Shown one piece after another: positions 11,892-22,269 of a stretch of DNA of 42,796 bases; the first letter of the stretch is position 1; the number at the start of each line of letters is the position of its first letter. The notes under the pieces are model-generated. The model made no database searches. It had not been told where the DNA came from and saw only the letters and a list, made by a program, of their open reading frames with translations. The stretch is from Balamuthia mandrillaris (Eukaryota), in the NCBI GenBank assembly GCA_031835245.2, contig JAVKOQ020000020.1, positions 310,001 to 352,796 of the forward strand, given 5' to 3'. The translations under genes were made by a program, and so were the position numbers.

Positions 11892-12679
11892 TCAACTTAG
11901 GGGAACCCAAGAATGAGAATCGGTTGCCGCATCCACAAAGCCCACCACCTTGCCGTACCCCTGCGGCAAGTCCGCCTGCACCCGCCAATAGCGTGGACCC
12001 CGCCCGACCACCCTCATGTGGCTGCCCGCCAGGATGACCCCCGCCGGGTCCCTCTGGTAGAGAAGGTAGCCGTCCTGACGGCGGATGGTGGCCGGCTCCT
12101 CGTTGTAGTAGGAGGTGTTGTGCTTGAGGAGGAAGAGCGTGGCCGTCTGTCGGAGCTGCTCCTCTGTCTGGCGGCTCTGACGGAGGCGGGCCAACCGCTC
12201 CTGCCGTTTGCGCAGGTAGAGTGCCTCTGGGTCCTCTTCCTTTGCTGTTGCTTGTTTCGTTGGCTCCTGCTCTTGTGCTGCTTGTTCTTCTCTTGAAGTT
12301 GGCTGTGCTGGTTGGGGTCGTTGTTGGGGTTGTTGTCCTTCTCCAAAGGAAAGAATGCGAGCAACTTCTGCTTCCAGGCGACGAACCTCCTGTTCTTTCT
12401 GTTGCTTTGCGGCTGTGGCGATCTTGCCGCCCACCTTGCCCTGCTCGATGTCCGCCACCAACTCTTCCAGCAGATCTAGTTCTCGTTTTGGCGGAGGGGG
12501 AGCAGAGGGAGGCGGAGCGGTGGCTTGTTGTTGTTGTTGCTGCTGTTGACGTCGACGACGTAGCGTTTCGGAGGCGACCCAGTCCAATTGGCCCAACACT
12601 TGGTCCAGTTCCTGGTCGAGCTGATCTGTCGGAGCAGAAGTATCAGAAGAGACAGAAGAAGAAGAAGAAGAAGAAGAAG

Positions 12680-12711
<32 letters not shown>

Positions 12712-13088
12712 GAAGTAGAAGAAGAAGCAGCAGCAGAAGAACAAGAAGAAGACGATGAGTGTTGAGGTGAAGGTTGTGCTTCGTGTGGGGTTGGGGTAGC
12801 AGAGAGATGCAGAGCACGAGAGGAGCGAGCTTTGTGCAGCATGTCATCTAACTCCTTTTCGAGCTCCTCCACAGAGTCCATCACGTCCGGTTCATCCAAA
12901 CGTGAAGCCGACGGTGCCATTACCTCCTGCTGTCTGAGAGGAGGAGGAGCTCGGTGGTCATAAGAAGAGGCGAGTTTGGTCATGTCCTCCAGTTCCTGCA
13001 TAACATCCTTCACAGTGACGGGCGCTGCACCCCTCGCTGCGTGAGCAATCTCGCCCATGTCGGCGATCAGCGCTTCGAGGTCCTCCAT
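11892..13088 (-). CDS. Single-exon protein with paxillin-like LD motifs and a C-terminal beta-rich (SH3-like?) domain
   Basis: Long ORF (frame opens at 13145; likely start ATG 13088, MEDLEALIADM), further LD-like helices, and poly-S, Q and P linkers. Confidence 0.7.
12655..12730. repeat. (GAA)n trinucleotide repeat encoding poly-Ser on the minus strand
   Basis: Read directly from the sequence. Confidence 0.9.
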
Positions 13089-13264
13089 TCTCTTTTCTAT
13101 TCTTCTTTTGTGTTTTTTTCCAAGAGAGAAATTTCGTGACGACATGAAAAAGTCGTCTTAGATGATTTCTAGTGACGACATGACAATCTTTCGTTCAAGA
13201 CGTCACGGGCGGTTCCCGCCAAAAATGAAATTTGCCAAAAAAAACAAAAGCGACAAACACACAA

Positions 13265-14186
13265 ATGGAAGAAGAGCGGAGGTGCGAAGGGAGCTCTGCA
13301 GGAAGAATGATGGAAGAGGTAGCGGCGGCACCACCACCAGGTAGCGGCGCATCGATGGGTGATAGGGTGGAGAGGCCAAGCAAGCGGCTGGACTACTTGT
13401 CCTGGGATGACTATTTCATGGCAGTGGTAAGTAGCGGTGCAGAAAAAAAAAAATTAGGTAATATGGAGCATCGCTTGTCTAACGCTGAAAAAAATAAACT
13501 TGTGTATGAAAGGCCTTCTTGAGCGCTGAACGGTCCAAAGACCCTCATACACAAGTCGGAGCATGCATCGTGAACAAAGAAAAGAAAATCGTTGGTATTG
13601 GATATAACGGGTACCTTGTTTTTTTTTCTCCCTCTGGATCTCTCACTCTTATGTTTGTCTAAATGCAATTATTGTGTGGAAAAATAAACAAAGTTTTCCT
13701 TGGGGTTGTTCAGACGATGTTCTGCCGTGGACCAAGCAATCTTCTCTGCCGGGAGGCGCCTCTCCATTAGACTCCAAAGCCCCCTATGTTTGTCACGCAG
13801 GTGAGCCACCCACAACTTTATCAGTGCTTTACTAATTCTTTTCAATGGGCTTTTGCTTCTTCTTACGTCCTTTGTTTGACAAAGAAATGAACGCCATCCT
13901 CAACAAGAACGACTCTAAGCTGAAAGGCTGCAGCATCTACGTGGCCCTCTTCCCATGCAACGAGTGCGCTAAGCTCATCATTCAAAGCAGGATCCGAGAG
14001 GTCATCTACTACTCTGATAAGTATCATCACAAGTGGCCCTACCAAGCCAGCAGAAAAATGCTGGAACTGGCCGGCATTGTCATCCGGCAGTTTATCCCCG
14101 CAAAGAAGCAGTTGATCATTGACTTTGAGAAAATCAACACCCACGCAAGCGGAGACGATGCAACAGCGGAGAGCAGTAGCCCATAG
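13265..14186 (+). CDS. DCTD: dCMP deaminase (4 exons)
   Basis: [31 protein letters not shown]...[14 protein letters not shown]...PYVCHA|EMNAILN...[13 protein letters not shown]; zinc-binding HAE and PCxxC are intact. Confidence 0.97.
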
Positions 14187-15251
14187 CCTTCATTGTACCC
14201 TCACTAAACAAAAAGACAAACGAACAAGGATCAATATTGTTTTCCTTCGCGGTGAGAATAAACAAAAACAAGAACAAACCAACCATGACGGTTATCCGTA
14301 ACCAATAAAGTAGCCCTGTTTGTACAAGCGACATTTCCTGGAAGGACGACTCTGTGCTTCCAGAAAAAGGTATTTTACGTCACGTTAAACACATTTCGAT
14401 TTGCTTTGAGTGAGCAAAGCAGGGATCGTTGCCATGGATATGCCAGCGTATCCCAGGTAACATTCGTAACCTTAGCAACAAAATCATGTCGACACGAATT
14501 AGCCGATTGTTTGAGGGTTTTATGTTTTAAAAATCTGACGCAAAAAAAAATTAAAAACAAAAAAAGAAACAAAAAAAAAAAGGCGGAAAAAGAGTGGTGA
14601 AGAGGGGGCGGCGGCGGTGCACCAAAAAAAAAAACCTCTTCTTTGCTCTGCTCCAAGGAGAACGAACCGACAAAAAAAATAAAAATAAAAATAAAATAAA
14701 AAACGAGTTTGTGTAGCGGCGGTTTTTCATCCATAGAGGATCCTGCTGGTTCGTTCTTGATAGACAAAAAAAAACAAAAGCTTGAAAGTGCGTAAAGATC
14801 GTTTTTTTTTATTATTTATTTATTTTTTTTTACTGTCAAAGTTGAAATCGTGTTGCATGCGATTGTGATTTTTTTTTTGATTTTTTGGTGTGTTTTTAAA
14901 AAAACATTCTTTTCTCTTTTGTGTTTTGGCGAAACGCTGCTGTGATGGCATCATCTCCCGCTACTTTCTGTTCTCCCCTTTCGGACTTTTTTTTTGTTTG
15001 CTAGTTGTTGTAACCCTCTTTTTTTATATTTGCTTCTAACCTAATCACTTGTCTAACTTTCTTTCTTCGTATGTTTGCATATCATCTTTTTGTGAAAAAA
15101 TTCAACAGTTCTTCTTCCGCTCTGCTTTGATTCGTTTGTTTTGTTTGTTTTCCCCCTTTACTTTTAAAAAAAGAGAGAGACATAGACAAAGCCAAAGCTA
15201 ACGAGTCACACAAACTCAAAACAACCAACTGTCGAAGCTTTCAACAGTACC

Positions 15252-16150
15252 ATGAAAAAGACGAGTTCCAAAACTACAACAAATACTTCTGGAACTTCGA
15301 AAAGCAACGGCGCTACTGCGGAACCACAGCAAAAGCAATCCACCAAAAGGTCAGCAACAACTACCACAACCGCAAAAACCTCTGCATCAAAGTCTTCGTC
15401 TTCCTCCCTCTCTTCCTCCTCTGCCTCCAGCAACAACAGATCATCTTCACTTGCTTCCTCCTCTTCCAATCCACATAACAAACAAGCCGACATGAAGTCT
15501 TCCAACTCTTCTTCCTCAAGTAACTCATTTACTTTCTCTCTTTCAGTTTGGCTTACAAACTTAACTTATCCTTTCTCTCCCTTTTTCTTCTTCCTCGTTC
15601 CTTTCCCTTCTTCCCCTTTTCTCCCTTTAGAAAAAACAGAGGACAAAGCCTACCGAGGTAAGATCCTGCCAGGCATCGTGATCAAGGCCAATGGCGTGTC
15701 CTACAGGGCAGATCGCATTATAGGCCACGGTTCCTTTGGTGTTGTCTTTCAAGCCACCACCCTTGGCTCTAATGAGGTCGTGGCCATCAAAAAAGTTCTT
15801 CAAGACCGACAATTCAAGGTAACCTTTGTTCTCGTCTCTTCTCCTCTCTTTTCCCTATGCTTTTTTAAATGCTTTGCCAATCAAATAAAACAGAATCGCG
15901 AACTGCCGGTAATGCAAGAGTTAACCCATCCCAATGTGGTTGCTCTTAAGAATCATTTCTTTACACATGGGGACCAACACAAGGACGAAGTTTATTTAAA
16001 TTTGGTATTGGAATATGTTCCGGAGACGGTGTACAGGGTAGCCAGGCATTACACCAAAATCAAACAGAGAATACCCTACATTTATGTCAAGGTATTCTCC
16101 CCTTCCTCATTCCTTTCCTTTCCATTTTTTCTTTGTCCATCTCTCTCGCT

Positions 16151-16182
<32 letters not shown>

Positions 16183-17422
16183 CGTTCTTTTGAAAAGGGT
16201 CACATGCTCATTGTTGCATCCCATATTAGCTTTATATGTATCAATTAGCTCGGTCGCTTGCCTACGTGCACTCTCTTGGCATCTGCCACAGGGACATCAA
16301 GCCTCAAAATCTCCTTGTAGATCCACAAACTGGAGAGTTGAAACTCTGTGATTTTGGAAGGTATGCTAAATATCGCAGAAAAAAAGAAGAAACCTGATGC
16401 TGATTTCCCCTCTTGCTTTCAAATACACAGTGCCAAGAAGCTCATTGCAGGACAGGATAACGTTGCTTACATTTGTTCCCGTTACTACCGTGCGCCAGAA
16501 CTTATCTTTGGCTCGAAGAGATACACTACCACAATTGGTAACACTTTCTATTCTTTCTTGCTATCTTTTCCCCCATTTATCTGATTCATTCTTTTCATTT
16601 TATCACTTTTCTCATCCTTCTCTTATTTCCATCCAATTCCTCTCAATACTATGAATGATTTTTTACTTAATCGTTTCCTTCCTCCTCCATTACAATTAAA
16701 ACGACAGACGTATGGTCCATGGGTTGTGTGATGGCAGAGCTGTTGCTAGGCCAACCGCTATTCCTGGGGGAGAGCGGCGTGGACCAGCTAGTGGAAATCA
16801 TCAAAGTGCTGGGAACCCCCACCAGAGAGCAGATCCAATGCATGAACGAACACTACACTGAATTCAACTTCCCCCTCATCAAAGCTCGCCCTTGGAACAA
16901 GATCTTCCGTCCCCGCACCCCACCGGAGGCCCTCGACCTCATTTCGCAGGTGTTAAAGTATGAGCCAGACCAGCGTTTGACACCGTGGCAGATCTGCGCT
17001 CACCCTTTCTTTGACGAGCTGCGGGATCAGAGCGCGAGGCTTCCCAATGGACGACCTTTGCCCGACAATCTCTTCAATTTTACTCGTCAAGGTTGGTCTC
17101 TCTTTTCTCTTTCTCTCTGTCGTTTTTTTTTGTCTGCTCTGTGTTACGCTTTCGTCCTTGTTCCTCTTTGTTCTTTCTTTTTCGTTTTTGCTTTTCGTGC
17201 ATTCTATTTTTCTCCTTTTCTTTATCGTTTTGTTGCTGATCATTTATTTGCATCTTTCAAATACAACGAATAGAATTGGCGGAGATAAGGAAAAGTGGGT
17301 TGGAAAGGACGCTGATACCGGACTGGGTGGCGGAGCGTTTGCGGGAAGGTGGTAGCAGTGGAGGAAGCAGCAGCCAAGACATGAGCTCCTCCTCTTCTTC
17401 CTCCCAAAAGAGTCAGACGTAG
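15252..17422 (+). CDS. GSK3: Glycogen synthase kinase-3 / shaggy-like kinase (7 exons)
   Basis: [90 protein letters not shown]; last exon ends at TAG 17420-17422. Confidence 0.97.
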
Positions 17423-17672
17423 CAGCTACAATGACACGAACTACCTGGTAAACTTGCAGAAATACTCGAAAAAAACAACTAAAAGACAGACGAACGAAAA
17501 AAAAAAATAAGGAGGGAAACCCTTTCATCTTCTTGACCTCCACCACGTTACTCCTCTCCTCTTTCTCTTTCTCATTCTCAATCTCTATTTTTTGCTTTTA
17601 TGTTATTTCGTTCAACTATAAAATTATTTCTTTCTTTATTATTATTTACACTTTATCTTTTGTTACATTTGT

Positions 17673-18811
17673 TCACCCTCTTCTCTCCTTGTTCTCTTCT
17701 TCCTCCTCTCGAGAAGATGCTTTACATGGAGGAGAAGAAGGGGGAACAGAGGAAGGGGAAGGGCCTGAAGGAGAGGAAGGAGTAGAATCTGCAGGTGAAG
17801 AAGAGGAGGAAGTCGAACCAGAAGATAAAGCCCTGGAGACCCCTCTCCTAGCAGCAACAAAGGAGTGATAAACTCCAGCCGCCACAAAGACGCCCCCACT
17901 GCCAACCACCAAGACAGGCACCGCCATGAGGCCTCCGCTCAAAACGCCTCCCACGACTACCCACTGGACGGCCGTCAGGAGGATCCGCGGGGAGAGGGCC
18001 ACCGCCATGGAGGCCATGAACCCTGCCCCGGTGGCCAAAGTCCAGTTTTGGAGGAGGCGGTAGATCCCCTCCAGTGCGAACCTTCCGCCGAGCAAGAATC
18101 CGAAGAAGAAGGCCGTGCCTGTTGCCCGCAGAACCACTTGGAGTTGCAACACGAGATAAGATGGGAGTCAAAGAGAGAGAGAAGCAGAGAGAGAAGCTTA
18201 CCTCCGAGTTTGTTGGTGACACCAAAGGAAGGCCAGTTGGCAAAGAAGCTGCTTCGTTCAAGTGGATGTTGGGTTGTGTCTTCCTGTTCAACCAGTTGGC
18301 TTTTTTCAATCCACACCCATTCCTCCTCCTCTTCTTCCTCCTCTTCCTCCTCTGCATCGTTTTCTTCAGAAGGGCTCTTCTGCTGTTTCAGTTTTTCTTC
18401 TTCTTGTTGTGCCCGTGGTTCTGTTGTCGTTGTAGTTGTTGTGTTCTTATGCAGTTGTTTCTCGCTCCAACGATAAGCTCGCTTTCTTCTTGCCTCTTCC
18501 ATTTGTTCAGCCAAGCTTTTGTTTTCTTCTTTCTGCCCTCTTTTGACCTTCTCCCCTTCTTCTTTTTCTCCCTCTCCTTCTCCTTGTCCTACCACGACGA
18601 ACCGTTCGAAGGGAGGGTTGGAGCGCAACCACTCCGAGAGGCCAGGAAGCTCCTCCGCCGGCACCAGGACGTAGTCCCGCTCTCTGGTCTGTTGGTTGTT
18701 CATGTCCTCGTGCACCCTCGCCAGCAAGGAGGACATCATGGCCGTCCTTCCATCTGCCTCCTCTTCTTGCTCTTGAGTAACTACCGTGGTCGTTGTGGTG
18801 GTGGTGCTCAT
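17673..18811 (-). CDS. Membrane protein with an acidic disordered N-terminus bearing LIR-like motifs and C-terminal hydrophobic segments (2 exons)
   Basis: Exon 1 MSTTTT...NKLG splices in frame to VVLRATGTAFFFGFLLG..., followed by long Gly/Val/Ala-rich hydrophobic stretches. Confidence 0.7.
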
Positions 18812-18970
18812 CGTTGTTATTTTCTCCTTCTTTTTTGTTGCTTTCTTCTCCGTATGGTTAGGTCGACAGAAATTGCCTGTCGACAAATGTTTGATTTCTG
18901 GTTGGTGTTTTGAAATTTAAATTACGATCTGGTCTGCTTTTTATCTTTTTTTTGTGTTTCTTTTTTTTTT

Positions 18971-20114
18971 TTACTCGTCTAGCATCCATGCATAGGGTGT
19001 ATCTTTCAAGGCCTTCACCACTTCCTCCCAGTTCTTTATGTAGAAAGACTTGGGCTTGGCGTGTAGCTTGACGTAACTGACAGGCACTGTTTCAGTTGAT
19101 AGGGCTCCACAATCGCATCCAAGAAACCTGGCCATGCGACAAAGTTCTTTTGAAGTGTTATTGCGGAGCTCCTCGTAAGTCAGGGAGATGTACGGTAACC
19201 CTGCCTAGACAAAGTCACAAAGGCTTTCATTGTTCACTCCAAAAAGAAGATGGCAAAAAAAGATGAGATTGAGCAAACCTGTTCCAACTTGCTACGTTGT
19301 TCTTCTATCGCATTTTGACGCTTTTTGAGAAACACCTTCAGAGAGCTCACATCAGCCTGGATCTTCATATGCTCATGCTTGGCGGCACACTCTTCCGTGT
19401 GGCAGTTCCAGTGTGTTTTTTCCATTGTTTGATGTTGTAACTGGGCCTCATAGGAAAGATACGCTGCCAACAAGTCTAGCCTCTTCAGCAAAACTACGGA
19501 GTAGCCTGTACTTTTCAACCGAGGCAACAACCATGGCTGCTGTACAACGTCGTCATGCTGAGGAGCAGCATCATCGATGGACCCAAATTAAAAAAATCAG
19601 CAGACCCGGAAGGAATGAAACAAACCATAATGATAAATGCGGTGATGTTTGCGTTCTCATGTGTTGCCAGTTCTCTCTCAGTGACCTTGGAAGATTTCAC
19701 CGGCCGCTTGAAAGCAAAGAGTTCCCTTCCAACTGGGAGAGAGAACGATTCCTTGATAAGCTGTGCAAGGATTTTATGTAAGCACAGCATAAACCTATCA
19801 TTTGGATGATTCAGATGGAGTAACGTAGGTACATCTCGAAGGTAGTGTGTGCCGCTGCGTTGCATGGAGTAGATAAAAAACTTTGGGATTCTATCAGCAC
19901 ATGGTTTGCTGACATGACCATTGGCTTCCGATGAAGGAACCGCTGCATCTTTCTGATCTTTGCTGACTACAGTGGGAATTGGTATCAGATGGGGAGACTG
20001 CTGGGATTGTGGCGTTGCCGACCGAAGCAAACCGACCCCAAAGCAAAACACCAGCAGTACGCCAACCCCGATGACCACCTGCCTGTCGTTCGGAGGATGT
20101 CGAGTCATTATCAT
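18971..20114 (-). CDS. Type II membrane sulfotransferase, NodH-like/Stf0-like (about 4 exons)
   Basis: N-terminal TM anchor; PAPS-binding FFIYSMQRSGTHYL; LLKRLDLLAAYLSY; LTYEEL...RFLG...YVKLHAKP...IKNWEEVVKALKDTPYAWML*. Confidence 0.85.
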
Positions 20115-20425
20115 TCCGCCTTTCTGTTTTACTTTTACAACGAAAAGGCAGGCTTGACCTTTTATGGAACAGTCGGCAAAATAATGAAATTTCGTGGAAA
20201 TATGCAACGAAAATCCCTCTATGCAGAATGGACCCTCTCCTGCCGTTGTGGTAGTGGTCCACCATGCTGCCGTCGACGTCGTTCACCATCTAGTAATCGT
20301 AATGAACACCAGGAGCTCTCGCATTTTTCTCTACTAGATCCCAGGAACTGATCTGTTGAAGTTAAACATGAATGGCAAGCAATTGGTGTAGCAACGAAGT
20401 AACGGAGTCAATAGGACAGCGAAGC

Positions 20426-20472
<47 letters not shown>

Positions 20473-21108
20473 GCTTCCCCGCAGGAAAACGAGTAATAAG
20501 TACTTAATCTGTTTCGACAATAGGAGCAGAATTGCACGACTACGAACTTGAAGACCGGAGGGACAGAGCGAGAGAAAAAGTTAGGAGAAGCCACCGTATT
20601 GACCGGTCCTTCCATGAAACTCATTACTCTATCTGCCAACTTTTTTCATCGAAAACAAACATATAACCTCCGTGGAACGGGGGTATATGCCCTTGCCGCA
20701 ATGCCACGAAAAGGCACCAGACGCTTGGAACGACACCAGAAATATCTCGTAGTTTCAGGAAGAAAGAAACCCGAAAACAGTCCTTTAATACATATTTAGA
20801 ACTTCGACCTGTCCGTTACGCCTTTTTAATCTGTCCATAGTTTTACTCGCTTCTTACCCCACCAGCCCGCAAGACAGTGTTTTGCCTTTACCCTATTCCC
20901 ACCGGCGGTTCACCCGACGACTTTTCGCTGAGATTGCGCGGGATGTAATGCACAAAAGCGATGGACCGTGCCGCCCATTGGTAGAGGCGATGCACAGAAA
21001 GGCGAAAAGACAAGGCAGAATGGATAACGATTTGGTTCCTGATGCAGCTAGTTTTCATCTGTTTCATCCATCTGTTGGCCCTCCCTTCCCTTCCCTTTCT
21101 TCAAACAC

Positions 21109-21116
21109 TATAAATA
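21109..21116 (+). promoter_or_regulatory. TATA box upstream of the small basic ORF
   Basis: TATAAATA about 100 bp upstream of ATG 21215. Confidence 0.4.
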
Positions 21117-21214
21117 TATATATTCTTTGGGAAAGAAAGAGAGAGAACAAAACATAAACACTTTTAAAAAAAAAACTACATAAACTCTCTCCGCCACTCA
21201 ACAAGGCAAACGGC

Positions 21215-21463
21215 ATGACGCATTACATGAAACTGAAGAGGAAGGGAGCCTTTCAGAAGTACCTCAGGCGGGAGGAGAAGCTCAGCAAAACGCCCATCAG
21301 CCAGAGCTGCGAGGATCTCCCGACGGTGAAACCCAAAAGCAAAAAGACGATGAGGAAGAGAGCGGGAACCACCACAGAGGAGTACAAGTTGACCAAGAGC
21401 TCCACTTTGCCCTCCTTGCCATATCCTACCAGAAAAAGTCCTCTTTACGTTGCTGAATGGTGA
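21215..21463 (+). CDS. Small basic (K/R-rich) hypothetical protein, 82 aa
   Basis: Intronless ORF with GC-rich codons typical of the other genes, AT-rich flanks and an upstream TATA box. Confidence 0.55.
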   Translation: MTHYMKLKRKGAFQKYLRREEKLSKTPISQSCEDLPTVKPKSKKTMRKRAGTTTEEYKLTKSSTLPSLPYPTRKSPLYVAEW

Positions 21464-21633
21464 AAGGAAGGGAGGAAAGAGAGAGAGAGAGAGAGAGAGA
21501 GAAACAAGCTTGTACAAAAAACGAAAAGATGACTGCCAAGAGCTGGTAGTTGCTTGTGTGTTTGTGAATATGAAGAAGTAAATAACAAAACTCCAAAGAG
21601 TTTTTCACGAAATGTGGTCAGCTTTTTTTCCGG

Positions 21634-22226
21634 TCAAGAAAGATACGTCTCTGCGAATTGGTTAACCTCTTCTTCCGTGTGGAGAAGATAGATGCGTGAG
21701 AAGCCCTCCGCCTTCATGGGAGCCGTCAGCATCGACGCGAAGCGATCAATGATGGCGAACCCTTTTCAGCAAAGAAATGATCAGTGGACAGCAAGAAAGG
21801 ACAATAAATAAACATAAAAAGAATGAAAGAACGAAGGAGAGGATCTAAAAAAGGCTATTAAATAAATATGACGGAGTGCCGATAGAAAAAGAAGAAAAGT
21901 ACCTGAATCTCCCTCCTGGATGGTGGGATGGTCCTTACGCACAAAGACACGTTGTTTACAAATCTCGGGAGGAAGGTCCAGCCATGCTATCTCAATCTGG
22001 TAACCAAACTTGTGAGCAAACTTTATCCAATTATGTCGTTGTTGATAATCAAAGTTGCAGCGATCGATGATAACATTCTAAAAGGAGAGAGAATGTAAGC
22101 AACGAACAAGAACAAGGAGAAGAAGGAGGAGAGTTGATGCTACCTTGCCCTTCTTGAGGGCAACTTGCATTGCAGCTTCGCATTTTTGCCTTGTTCTGCA
22201 TTAAATAAAAAGAAGCAAACATAATC

Positions 22227-22269
<43 letters not shown>

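Noticed and set aside
20860..21060. GC-richer intergenic stretch considered as a possible ncRNA
   Set aside because: No tRNA cloverleaf, convincing C/D or H/ACA boxes, or snRNA signature found by eye; an Infernal/Rfam scan would be needed.
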